A stretch of 64,000 bases of DNA, from the NCBI GenBank assembly GCA_903922465.1, contig CAIXTV010000130.1, positions 3,315 through 67,314 on the forward strand, in the 5' to 3' direction. Positions 47,904 through 57,827 of the stretch are shown one piece after another; position 1 is the stretch's first letter; every line of letters starts with the position of its first letter. The notes beneath the pieces were generated by a model. It searched no databases. It saw only the letters and a program-made list of their open reading frames with translations, and had not been told where the DNA came from. The stretch is from an uncultured bacterium (GTDB lineage Bacteria; Bacteroidota; Bacteroidia; Bacteroidales; CAIXTV01). The position numbers and the translations under genes were made by a program.

Positions 47904-48950
47904 TTAGAAGATAGGGCAAGGGACTTCCTTGTGCTTTGTTCTTTTCTTTTTGTCAATAATATATTGCAAGGTAATTTCGGGGCCTCCTTTTGCATAACTG
48001 GCAACACTCAATTTCGAGAAATTCACATCATAACTAAAGCCAATATTGAGTTTACGATAATCAACTCCTAAAATTATGACACCAGCATCTGCTGAGCGAA
48101 GGAAGACTCCTGCATTAATAGCAGAATAAAAATTGGTTTTACTATCGGTAAAGAATTTAAAAGAGCCTCCAATCAATAACTCCGTATAGGGCCCTTGCAT
48201 CATCAACATCATTTCGGGTATGAAACTAGTGTTGTCTCCAATGGTGATGGGTGCTTTGGCGAAAATGTCAAGCTTAGAATTCAATACTACACTTTCATTG
48301 GCAAAGAGGGTCATTTTAGGCTTATTGATGTGCCACATAGCAGCACCCGCTTCGAAGCCCAACTGTTTTTTCACCTGATAATACCAGTGAAAACCTGCCG
48401 ATAAATCATAAAACCAAAACTGAGTCTTCGATAAGTTCTCATTAGAAGAAAGGTTAGGGTCATAGGCATTCCCATCCCATTGGGCATCGAAGTTTAAATC
48501 ATTATAACGAATACTTCTTTGCCCCAGACCCAAAGCAAACCCAAGACCAAGGAAGTGATTATTTTTCCTATTGAAGGCTTTAACGTACGACATACTAAAA
48601 GTTCCCTGCATAGTGCCAAAGTCAGAATCGCCTGCAATATCATGATAAATGGTTAAGCCAATTCCTAACATGTCTTGCTTGTAATTTCTTTTAAGCAATT
48701 GTCCGTCAAAAGAAACAAAAAAGGTTTGATAAGGAACCGTAACTGTATTCCACTGATTTCGGTAGGCGGCATTTACCCGGAATGACCCACTGAAGAAACC
48801 GGTATATGAAGGACTTATATAAAGAGGTGTGTTCTGGAATTGTGAAAAATGAATATCCTGAGCTTTAAGCTGAAATGAAAATAAAACAAAAAAGAAAACA
48901 ACACCCATAAATGAGCGATAGCTTAGTTTCTTTTTGTAATAGGTAATCAT
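47904..48950 (-). CDS. Type IX secretion system membrane protein, PorP/SprF family.
   Basis: AQDIHFSQFQNTPLYISPSYTGFF is the family hallmark, and the length (348 aa) is typical. Confidence 0.88.
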   Translation of the reverse strand: MITYYKKKLSYRSFMGVVFFFVLFSFQLKAQDIHFSQFQNTPLYISPSYTGFFSGSFRVNAAYRNQWNTVTVPYQTFFVSFDGQLLKRNYKQDMLGIGLTIYHDIAGDSDFGTMQGTFSMSYVKAFNRKNNHFLGLGFALGLGQRSIRYNDLNFDAQWDGNAYDPNLSSNENLSKTQFWFYDLSAGFHWYYQVKKQLGFEAGAAMWHINKPKMTLFANESVVLNSKLDIFAKAPITIGDNTSFIPEMMLMMQGPYTELLIGGSFKFFTDSKTNFYSAINAGVFLRSADAGVIILGVDYRKLNIGFSYDVNFSKLSVASYAKGGPEITLQYIIDKKKRTKHKEVPCPIF

Positions 48951-48970
48951 TCTGTATTAAGGATATTGGT

Positions 48971-51900
48971 TTATTTGATGAGGGTGATGTTGCCTTTGTG
49001 CAGATACCTTTTTTGAGCAAAACAGCCGGCATCAATATAATAGACATATACTCCTGGTTCGCAGGGTTTGCCTTTGTAATTGCCATCCCATCCCATCCCA
49101 ATGTTATGACTCTCAAAAACTTTCTCACCCCATCGGTCATAAATTAAAAATGTAAGGTCAGTTACAATATTACTTCGAACGTAAAGTACATCGTTTTTGT
49201 TATCCCGATTCGGGGTAAATGCATTTGGGACATAAATAAATGGTTCGTCACAAATTACTTCTAAGATAACGATCTTCACAGTATCAACTTTTTGACAACC
49301 ATAAGTATCGGTAACAGTGACAAAATAGGTAGTTGTTCCGGTAGGAGAAGCTACAGGATTGGAAATGCTTGGATTGCTTAAGCCTAAAGTAGGTGACCAT
49401 TGATATTGATATCCATTAATAATGGTAGCGTTTAGCTGGGCAGATTGGGATTCATATATGGTATCAATTTTCTTCAGTGTGTCATTTCCTATCCAAGCTT
49501 TAAAATCAGGGGGGAAAGTAGAAGTGATATTAACATTAATGTTTTTTACTGCCTCGCAATTATGGGCATCTGTTACCGTAACCGTATTTAAACCAAAACA
49601 TCCATTAATATTCGGGTTTACCAATGCCCCATTGTTCCATATATAAGCATAAGGAGGCACACTCCCTTGAACCGTTGCAGTGATAATAGAATTACAAACA
49701 TTTGCACAAGGGACATCAGTGGCTGTGAGGGTAATGACAATAGGACTCGGGGCAAGCAATTGAAAAGTGTCAACAGCAATACAGCCTAAGGAATCGCTAA
49801 CTGTAATATAATAGTCCCCGGCACAAAGATTTGCAATTGAAGGAGTGCTTTGCCCTGAATTCCAGCTATACAGATATGGTGAAATACCTCCTGAAGCTAG
49901 AATTGAAAGAAAGCCATTACACGAATCATGGCAAAGAGGATTGGTGAGATTGAGAGTGTCAATAGATACCGGCTGAGGTTGGGGCACTTGAATAAATGCC
50001 ATGTGAATGCATCCATGAGATTCTGTTACACGGACACTGTAAATGGCTGAACATAATTGAAAAATGGAATCATTGGTGCTGTTTGTATTCCAAAGATAGG
50101 TGAAAGGAGGATAGCCTGCTGAAGCTACCACCCAAGCAATGCCATTGCATGAGTCGGCACAATTTGGCTGTCTAAAATGTCCAACGGCATTAAAGTTAGA
50201 GGTATCTAAAACAGGGGCTGAAGCAATAGCAGTGCAATGGTTTGCATCTGTAACCGTTAATGTATATAAACCAGCACAGAGATTAAAAATCGTATCATTG
50301 GTTTGGCCCGAAATCCATTGATATTGATATGAAGGAGTCCCTCCACTTACTGCCGATACTATTAAACCATCACAAATACCATTGCAAACCACATGATTGG
50401 TGTCGGGAAATGTGATGACCAATGGTTGAGGTTGAGTGATAGGTTGGGTAAATACAGTTTTGCAGCTATTACTATCTGTTATCGTAAGGGTATAATTGCC
50501 CGGACAAAGGGTGGTAATGTTATTAGTACTTAGTCCATTACTCCAATTGTATAGATAATTAGGACTTCCTCCTGTTACCCCAACACTTATTTGCCCATCG
50601 CAAAAACTATTGCAGCTCACGTTACTAAAGCTGATAGTAGGGATAAGTTTTATAACGGTAATCTTCATACTATCTACCTTTGAACAGCCAAAACTATTGG
50701 TTGAAGTAACATAGTAAGTTGTTGTGCTCGAAGGATTGACAAGGGGACTAGAAGTATTTCCTCCCAAAATGATTGAAGAAGTTGGTGACCATGAGTAGCT
50801 AAGCGACATACCTGGGATTAGGTTGCTTACACTTAAGAAAGTAGAATCTCCAAAGCAAATACTTTTATTATTTCCAGCATCAATATTCACTACCGAAACA
50901 GTCAAATGAACACTATCCGTTTTTTCGCAATGGCCATTAGTGACTTTTAAGTAATAGGTGGCGCTGTTCTGAACTATAATATTATAATTCGGATTGCTGG
51001 TTGGCGAGTTAAGGGTATCAGTGAAGCTTGAATTGCTAGACCATATATATTGTATATTCCCAGCTAGGCCAATGACAGAGCCATGCAAAGGAATGGTATC
51101 TCCCTGACATACATTTATATTGTTGCCTGCCTCCGCAAGGAAACTGTACACAAAAACTTTTTGAAATAAAGTGTCGGTGCAAATTCCATTTGATATATAA
51201 AGGGTGTAATTTGTGGTTGTTGTTGGGCTGGCAAATGGATTTGCGGCGATTGGGTTGCTTAGGTTAGTAGTGGGCGTCCAAATATAAGTTAAATTGCTCC
51301 CTACCTGTGGGATAACCCCAATTTGAGTTTGTTGCCCCAAGCAAATAGTATCGTTGGGCAAAGTATCTTTTACTCCAGAAAGCACAACCATTTGGTGGCT
51401 TATGGTATCAGAAAAATTACAACTTCCTGTATCCGAAACAATCAAACGAATATCATATACACCCGATTGATTGTAGGTATGATTGGGTGAATATATAGTG
51501 GAATAGGTTCCGTCACCAAACGACCAATTGCAAACCATGCTTCCTGAACCTGAGATTGAAGTATTTTGAAAAGTAATGGTATATGGCGCACAACCAACAG
51601 GGGGTACTGCAAATTCTGCAATGATGATGGGTAAATTAAAGTCAAACTTTATAACCCCATTATTACAATTCCCACTATTATTCGTATTTGAAACCGCTCC
51701 GGCTGTGGTGGGAAAATCGTCATTGCTTCCACAACCAGCACAAACCGATTGATAAATCCGCCCCTGACGATCGAAACGACTTGTACCCCCATCAACATGC
51801 TCGGCAGATTGAGGTCCGCCAAAATAACTTCCATACATTATGCCTGAAGCATCATCTTTTATCACTAAAAAGTAATAATCGCTATTGTCGGTAGTGGTTT

Positions 51901-53893
51901 GGAAGGCATTTGAAGTGATGGGTAAGCCGGTAGTTCCGCCAAAACCATTTACTGCACCGCCCCATCCCGAAAGGTAAACACTATTGCAAACATCTACAAG
52001 AAAAGCCGTTGGTGAAATGTTAGGACCTGTTGTGCCAGAACCGAAAGTAGTTGACCAGATTTTATTATCAAGTTGGGAAGAAAGTTTACTAACAAATTGT
52101 CCTCCTCCGGGGTAGGACCATAAAGCATTAAATATATATGTATTGGCTGGAGCGTCGGTTTGGCCTAGTACATAAACATTCCCGTTGCGGTCGGTTTCTA
52201 GCAAATATACCTGATCGTAACCGGCAGCCCCATAATAGGTTGATTGCATAATGGCATTCCCATTTTTATTAAGATGGGTGATGAAACCATCGCAATTTCC
52301 ACCCGGATAAACAGGAAATAATACGCCGGCAGTTACAGGAAAGTTTGGCGAACAGGTGCCACCTGCAACATAAATGTTTTCGGCAGGGTCGAGTTTTATG
52401 CTATAAATAGCATCATTTTTATTCCCTCCCAAATAAGAACTCCAAACAAGTGAACTGAGGTTTTGATCGAGTTTTACAATACATCCATCTTGCAAACCTC
52501 CACCATGAGTGGTTTGAAAAGCTCCCGGGGTAACCGGGAAGTTTAATGAACTCGTGCTGCTGACAACGTAGACATTGCTGTTTTTATCAATCATAATTTC
52601 CCCTCTCACATCGTCGGCATAATTTTTCTTAAGCGTATCAACCGTATTTAAACCATCGTTGCCGTTGCCCCCAATGTAGGTTGAAGATAACAATTGAGTG
52701 CCATCGGAACTTAATCGGGCAACAACAATATCGGAACCGGCGGAGTATTGCAACACATAAGTGAGTGTATAGGGCGTTCCTCCGTTAAAACTATTATCAA
52801 ATGCATTGGCTGTCATCGGAAAGTCGATGGAACCCGTGGTTCCAAGAATAAATAATTCCCCATTTGCATTGGTAATAATGCTGTTTGGAACATCCGCACC
52901 CAAGCCGCCTAAATAAGTAGAGTAAACCATCACATGTCCGCTGGTGTCATATTTCGAAATAGCCATATCGCAACTTCCTCCACCATAATTAATTTGGTAG
53001 GCACCGGCAGTGGTAGGATATCCAAGTGTGAAAATATTGCCTCCGGCATAGAGAAATCCAAATTTATCATACGTAGCCGTGTAGCCCCAATTGTCGGAAG
53101 TAGATCCCGAGTAGGATGAAAAAATCAAAGTTGGGTCAACAACAAGAACTTTTGAGTGATCATAGCCATTAGGAAATTCAAAAGAAAGAATGTGCTTCTT
53201 CAGTTTGAAATTACAACTCACTTCAAGGTTTTTTCCACCATCTTGCACCCAAGCTTTGGGTTTTACTTCAATAATTTTATTGATCGAAGTGGTGATGATT
53301 AAATTTCCATTGGCATCGACCGTGATGTTTTTGGCCCCTTCATACGAAAACTGAACCTTGCTGATGTCGGCATTGGGTTGAGCAACCACTTCATATTTCA
53401 GCAAATAATCTTTTTCGAAAACATTCAAATTTATATTATCCCAAAGATTGATATACTCGAATTCCTTGTATTTTCGCACTTTACTTGCCCAGCGTTTTGG
53501 GTTATTGCCTATGAAATAATTTTCATATGTATCTGAAGGATAGTGAGCCTTGGTGCTAACATTGGGGTTAGCCCCGATAAAATTCACTCTATAAGCATGA
53601 CAATTGATTGTGGTGTTGGGGTTGTGCTTAAGTTTGTGCTCTTCGGCCGATAAATATTTAAAGGATAATATTTTTTCAATAGCATCGGCATCTTCAAAAG
53701 CAAAGGTGAAGCGAGTTTTCTCAAAAAAAGCAGCCCCTCCGTCAATAGTGGCTTTATACAGAATATTTGCATCCCACTGATTCAGGTTTTCGATAAATTC
53801 GAGCCGTCCCGAACGCAGTGAGTCTCTGTGGGCTTGTGTTTTACATTGAATTATCAAGATAAAAACCAACAATAAGAAGTAGCCTTTTTTCAT
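48971..53893 (-). CDS. Giant SprB-like cell-surface adhesin (1640 aa): SBBP beta-propeller repeats, PKD, multiple SprB/HYR-like repeats, type B T9SS C-terminal domain.
   Basis: YLGGNKNDAIYSIKLDPAENIYVAGGTCSPNFPVT is SBBP-like. CNSFCDGQISVGVTGGSPNYLYNWSNG-type units repeat. The C-terminus is VPNAFTPNRDNKNDVLYV...IYDRWGEKVFE...GVYVYYI. Confidence 0.85.
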   Translation of the reverse strand: MKKGYFLLLVFILIIQCKTQAHRDSLRSGRLEFIENLNQWDANILYKATIDGGAAFFEKTRFTFAFEDADAIEKILSFKYLSAEEHKLKHNPNTTINCHAYRVNFIGANPNVSTKAHYPSDTYENYFIGNNPKRWASKVRKYKEFEYINLWDNINLNVFEKDYLLKYEVVAQPNADISKVQFSYEGAKNITVDANGNLIITTSINKIIEVKPKAWVQDGGKNLEVSCNFKLKKHILSFEFPNGYDHSKVLVVDPTLIFSSYSGSTSDNWGYTATYDKFGFLYAGGNIFTLGYPTTAGAYQINYGGGSCDMAISKYDTSGHVMVYSTYLGGLGADVPNSIITNANGELFILGTTGSIDFPMTANAFDNSFNGGTPYTLTYVLQYSAGSDIVVARLSSDGTQLLSSTYIGGNGNDGLNTVDTLKKNYADDVRGEIMIDKNSNVYVVSSTSSLNFPVTPGAFQTTHGGGLQDGCIVKLDQNLSSLVWSSYLGGNKNDAIYSIKLDPAENIYVAGGTCSPNFPVTAGVLFPVYPGGNCDGFITHLNKNGNAIMQSTYYGAAGYDQVYLLETDRNGNVYVLGQTDAPANTYIFNALWSYPGGGQFVSKLSSQLDNKIWSTTFGSGTTGPNISPTAFLVDVCNSVYLSGWGGAVNGFGGTTGLPITSNAFQTTTDNSDYYFLVIKDDASGIMYGSYFGGPQSAEHVDGGTSRFDRQGRIYQSVCAGCGSNDDFPTTAGAVSNTNNSGNCNNGVIKFDFNLPIIIAEFAVPPVGCAPYTITFQNTSISGSGSMVCNWSFGDGTYSTIYSPNHTYNQSGVYDIRLIVSDTGSCNFSDTISHQMVVLSGVKDTLPNDTICLGQQTQIGVIPQVGSNLTYIWTPTTNLSNPIAANPFASPTTTTNYTLYISNGICTDTLFQKVFVYSFLAEAGNNINVCQGDTIPLHGSVIGLAGNIQYIWSSNSSFTDTLNSPTSNPNYNIIVQNSATYYLKVTNGHCEKTDSVHLTVSVVNIDAGNNKSICFGDSTFLSVSNLIPGMSLSYSWSPTSSIILGGNTSSPLVNPSSTTTYYVTSTNSFGCSKVDSMKITVIKLIPTISFSNVSCNSFCDGQISVGVTGGSPNYLYNWSNGLSTNNITTLCPGNYTLTITDSNSCKTVFTQPITQPQPLVITFPDTNHVVCNGICDGLIVSAVSGGTPSYQYQWISGQTNDTIFNLCAGLYTLTVTDANHCTAIASAPVLDTSNFNAVGHFRQPNCADSCNGIAWVVASAGYPPFTYLWNTNSTNDSIFQLCSAIYSVRVTESHGCIHMAFIQVPQPQPVSIDTLNLTNPLCHDSCNGFLSILASGGISPYLYSWNSGQSTPSIANLCAGDYYITVSDSLGCIAVDTFQLLAPSPIVITLTATDVPCANVCNSIITATVQGSVPPYAYIWNNGALVNPNINGCFGLNTVTVTDAHNCEAVKNINVNITSTFPPDFKAWIGNDTLKKIDTIYESQSAQLNATIINGYQYQWSPTLGLSNPSISNPVASPTGTTTYFVTVTDTYGCQKVDTVKIVILEVICDEPFIYVPNAFTPNRDNKNDVLYVRSNIVTDLTFLIYDRWGEKVFESHNIGMGWDGNYKGKPCEPGVYVYYIDAGCFAQKRYLHKGNITLIK

Positions 53894-54112
53894 GTGAGTT
53901 GAAATATGTTACTAAATTACTCAAAATAATGATTGTAAAATCAATATTAGCTTGTAGACACAAATTTTTATTGAAAGGTTGTATCCGTAAAGAAATTAGT
54001 TTGTACTATTTTGGAAATTTATCCTGAGAAATACATCAGAAATAGTAGCCTGATTTTGCTTTATTGTTCTTATTTTCAGAGATGTTATTGGGGTAACATC
54101 CTGATGGTGCCG

Positions 54113-54874
54113 CTAAAGGGATTTCATAAACCCTTGTTTTACTAAAGTTTTAAGGAGTTTCTCTGAGAAATACTCATTATCTTTTTTTGTATAGCGTTTA
54201 TAAGCAAAAATTTGGGCAAGATTTTCAAGTTGGTTCTCTTCAATCAAATCGTGGGTGAGTTGCGATGCTTCTTTTTCGGCATAAATCTCGTCGATACACT
54301 GTGGGGTGTAATCTTCGTAGGTTTCGTAATGCACCAAGCCCGAATCGGGCAGACGGTCGGTCAGGGGAGGGCTTTCGGCGGGATAGCCAATAACCAATGT
54401 GGTGATGGGAATTACGTGTTCGGGCAGTTTCAATAATTCGATAATTTCATCGGCATTGTAGGTGGTGGTGCCCAAATACACAATACCCAGCCCATAGCTT
54501 TCAGCAGCCACGGCAACATTTTGCGATACAAGAATGGCATCGATTGAAGCCGTCATAAACGAAAGGAAATTGTCGTAACCGGGTTCGGCATTGCGTTGTT
54601 TGCACCAGATGTTGAAGCGGTGGAAATCGGCGCAAAAAGTCATCACCATTGGGGCTTCAAGAACCATATTTTGTTTGAAATGAAGTTCCCAAAGTTTCTT
54701 TTTATTTTCGGCATCTTGCGTAATTACCACGCTATAAACCTGCATATTTCCGGTGGTTGAAGCGCGAAAACCTGCTTCTATGATAGAATCTACAATTTCT
54801 TTCGGAATTTCTTTATCGCTGTATTTACGAATTGTGCGGTGTTGGAGTAGGGTTTCGAGGGTTTGATTGCTCAT
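54113..54874 (-). CDS. Nitroreductase family (NfsA-like) flavoprotein.
   Basis: LLQHRTIRKYSDKEIP, RASTTGNMQVYSVV, and the size (253 aa). Confidence 0.78.
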   Translation of the reverse strand: MSNQTLETLLQHRTIRKYSDKEIPKEIVDSIIEAGFRASTTGNMQVYSVVITQDAENKKKLWELHFKQNMVLEAPMVMTFCADFHRFNIWCKQRNAEPGYDNFLSFMTASIDAILVSQNVAVAAESYGLGIVYLGTTTYNADEIIELLKLPEHVIPITTLVIGYPAESPPLTDRLPDSGLVHYETYEDYTPQCIDEIYAEKEASQLTHDLIEENQLENLAQIFAYKRYTKKDNEYFSEKLLKTLVKQGFMKSL

Positions 54875-54897
54875 AAAGTAGTGGATATTGTTTTTTA

Positions 54898-54905
54898 CAA
54901 AAGTA
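54898..54905 (-). promoter_or_regulatory. -7 box TACTTTTG.
   Basis: The plus strand reads caaaagta, 24 nt upstream of the ATG at 54874. Confidence 0.4.
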
Positions 54906-55107
54906 GCTAAATATTAAAAAGAGCAAAATAATGCTGCTGAAATTATGAAAGCGATTTTCGGGATGAAGATTTTCGGGATTTCGGAAATGATTTTTAGGGG
55001 AGGATGATTATTGGGGATTTGTTGAGTTTTGGGGCAAAATACCCCGAAAATCCAGGAAGATGAGGCAAGGAAGACCATTTCAAGTTAGCGAAAGCCTATT
55101 CTAATTC

Positions 55108-55296
55108 GGCGGACGAAAAAATCAAGAGTACGGAAAATGAATTCAAGAGTGGGAATAAAGAAATCAAACTGGCGGACGAAAAAATCAAACTGGCGGACGA
55201 AAAAATCAAATTGATGGATGTTGAAATCAAAAGAGCGGAAGGCAAAAAATACTAGGCGGACGATGAAATCAAGAGGGCGGATGATGAAATCAAGTG
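55108..55296. repeat. Phased 21-bp tandem array, 9 units.
   Basis: The ggcggacg-type unit heads lie at 55108, 55171, 55192, 55213, 55234, 55255 and 55276, all multiples of 21 apart. The unit is ggcggacgaaaaaatcaaact. Confidence 0.88.
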
Positions 55297-55766
55297 AAAT
55301 TTTGGGCTTCCGCAGGCTTATTTTTACCGTTTACCTAAAAAGAATAATTAACAGCTAGGTATTTCTCATAATGCTAGTTGTAATATTCTACTTCCATGAA
55401 CTTAATTTTCTATTTCTGAGATTATTACTCATCTGAAATTCTATAATTTTATATATTCTAGTAACATATGTTTACGAATGCACAGTTTTACTGATCATTC
55501 GTCAATTAGGAATAGTCATCCAAGGGTTAAAAATGATGATTTTAGGATAAAAACCGGCCATTCTAACAATATAAATCATTTATATTCAGCTATTAAACCG
55601 ATATTTTCAATTGTTTTTTATAGAGAAGAAGATAGGAAAATAAAAAAGTCCCAAATCATCAATGAAAAACTCAGAATTTAAAGTCATTTCCATGACTTTA
55701 AGGATGAATTTTCCACTTTTAATTTGGGACTTTCGACCTATACAGGCTTAAATTCCTGTATATTAT

Positions 55767-55807
55767 AAAAAAAAAGTTTGGGTTAAGCCAAAACAGCTAA
55801 CCCAAAC
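55767..55807 (-). terminator. Rho-independent terminator of the 55827..56744 gene.
   Basis: A perfect 10-bp stem gtttgggtta / taacccaaac with a 12-nt loop, followed on the minus strand by a T9 run. Confidence 0.72.
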
Positions 55808-55826
55808 GTTTAAACGGAGATTTCTT

Positions 55827-56744
55827 TTATTCGAGAGTGAAAACGGTAGTTCCAATCACATTCTTATCTACAAAAATATCAACTGTATAATTGCCTTTTT
55901 TCAACTCTTTTTTCACGTCATAGTACACGCAAAGATCCATCGCTTTGTTCGCATAGCTGATTTCCTGAAGTTGGGTATAAACAATTTGTTTCCCATCGAA
56001 AGTAAACATGTGTGCATCGTCTTTCGAGTCGGCAATAACTTCGCCACCCGGCTCCGAAATGCGAATATACACAGTTTTTGTGCCAGCCTGAGCAATTGCA
56101 TTTTCACTCAACAAGAAACAAACTCTGATCTTCTTAACCCTTTTAGGATTCTTGGTGGCAATTTCTTTTGTTCCACGCATTTTAATGGGTTCAGCAGCAA
56201 TTTCGTAGGCTTTTAACACCGAACCGGCTTCAACTTTGGTAGATAAGTTGGTGTTTTGAGTATACAAACTGGTGTTTTCCTTTTGTGTCGAGTCCAAGGC
56301 GGTTTTTACTTTGATATTCTCGAAGGTAAGGGCTTCGTTTTTGGCTTTTAGTTCCTCAATTTGTTTCAAATAATCGGCCAAACGATTTTCCAGAGCAGTC
56401 ACTTTCTTTTTGTAATTAGCAATTGAGCCTTTCTGATTTTTGATATCAGAAATCATTTTAGCAACATGTTCTTTTTCTTTGGTGAATAAAGAATCGAGAT
56501 TAGAGTAATCTTTTCCCAATTGGTCGTATTGTTTTTCAACCTTTTGGAGTTTATCGAGCAGGGCAGTTTTATCATCAGTAACTTCATTTTTGATGATAGT
56601 CACTTCTGTCAATTCACTGTTTGTAGTGAAATACAAGATAGCCATAACGATGGCTATAACTGCAAATATTGCAGTGAGGATGCGCCAGGTGTTCAATTGT
56701 TTTTTCATTGCGATTTCGTTTGTTTGAATTTGATTTGTTTCCAT
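55827..56744 (-). CDS. Membrane-anchored coiled-coil protein with a C-terminal beta-rich domain (paralog 1).
   Basis: One TM helix (WRILTAIFAVIAIVMAILYF), a ~130-aa heptad-rich region, and a conserved C-terminal domain shared with 56912..57814. Confidence 0.6.
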   Translation of the reverse strand: METNQIQTNEIAMKKQLNTWRILTAIFAVIAIVMAILYFTTNSELTEVTIIKNEVTDDKTALLDKLQKVEKQYDQLGKDYSNLDSLFTKEKEHVAKMISDIKNQKGSIANYKKKVTALENRLADYLKQIEELKAKNEALTFENIKVKTALDSTQKENTSLYTQNTNLSTKVEAGSVLKAYEIAAEPIKMRGTKEIATKNPKRVKKIRVCFLLSENAIAQAGTKTVYIRISEPGGEVIADSKDDAHMFTFDGKQIVYTQLQEISYANKAMDLCVYYDVKKELKKGNYTVDIFVDKNVIGTTVFTLE

Positions 56745-56768
56745 TGTTTTTGATATTAATTTAGGTGC

Positions 56769-56907
56769 TTAGGCATTTAGACTTTTAGGACAGTCGTTTT
56801 CTACCTAAACTCCTTATATTATACAGTTTATTAATTGCATTTTCAATAGTATTATGTTTAATTTCTTCATTCTAAAAGACTAAAAGTCTACAAGACTAAA
56901 TGCCTAA
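56769..56907. repeat. Inverted repeat in the spacer between the two coiled-coil paralogs.
   Basis: ttaggcatttag+acttttag (56769-56788) matches the reverse complement of ctaaaagtctacaagactaaatgcctaa (about 56880-56907), apart from an 8-nt insertion in the right arm. Confidence 0.7.
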
Positions 56908-56911
56908 AATC

Positions 56912-57814
56912 CTATTTAAGCTCAAATTGTCCCTGACCTATTTCATTATCCTCAAGGAAAACATTTACTTTATAAACCCCCTTCATGGCTTCATCTTTAG
57001 GATTTTGTTTTTCCCAATACATGCAAACATTCACAGCGGCATTCTGATAATCAACTTCCTTTTTTATTGAATATTGCAAACGTTGACCTTTATACATGAA
57101 AGAATACACCTCGTCGCTACCTAGGGTTACGATTTTATTATCAGGGCGGGCAATTCTGATGAAAACAGATCGGTTGCCCGGTTTAGCAACAGGGTTTTCG
57201 GCAAGCGTAAAACATATCTTTATCTTTTCAACCCTGCGGGCTTTATCAACAGCCTCTTCTTTTTTCCCTGACGACTTCATTCTTATAGGTTGTGCTGTCA
57301 CATTATATGCTTTAAGCACGGCAGCCATGTTTACTTTTTCGGTCAATTCATCTTTATCTTTAACCAATAATTGAGTCTTATCTTTCTCTTTGCTAAACTC
57401 ACCTTTGATGAAAGTGTTTTCTTCGTTCAATTGTTTGTTAACACGATACAAGGAATCAATTTGAGAAATATAACCTTGAGTCATATTGCGTAAAAGCGAT
57501 AATTTCTTCTTGATTTTATTATAATCGGCCTGGGTGCTAATAAGTTTTTCAATCTCCATAGCATCAGCCTGAATGAGACTATCTTTAGAAGTAAGCTTAT
57601 TTGAAAGACTGCCATATTCCTCTTTTATTTTTGTGTGTTCTTTCATCAAGGAATCTAATTCAGTTTTTAGGCCAGTGTTTAAACTTGAAGTTTCTTGCTG
57701 TTGTACAATAATAGTATTCACCCGCGAAGTTTGAGTAATCAATAAGAGAGCAAGAATAATAATGACTATCGCTTCGATAATGATTATGGTTCTGAGTTTT
57801 TTAGTGTTTTCCAT
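56912..57814 (-). CDS. Membrane-anchored coiled-coil protein with a C-terminal beta-rich domain (paralog 2).
   Basis: The architecture matches paralog 1. AAVLKAYNVTAQPIRMK..VEKIKICFTLAENPVAKPGNRSVFIRIARPD aligns with the paralog 1 C-domain. The track start at 57820 is TTG; I use the ATG at 57814. Confidence 0.6.
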   Translation of the reverse strand: MENTKKLRTIIIIEAIVIIILALLLITQTSRVNTIIVQQQETSSLNTGLKTELDSLMKEHTKIKEEYGSLSNKLTSKDSLIQADAMEIEKLISTQADYNKIKKKLSLLRNMTQGYISQIDSLYRVNKQLNEENTFIKGEFSKEKDKTQLLVKDKDELTEKVNMAAVLKAYNVTAQPIRMKSSGKKEEAVDKARRVEKIKICFTLAENPVAKPGNRSVFIRIARPDNKIVTLGSDEVYSFMYKGQRLQYSIKKEVDYQNAAVNVCMYWEKQNPKDEAMKGVYKVNVFLEDNEIGQGQFELK

Positions 57815-57827
57815 ATACAAATTAAGA

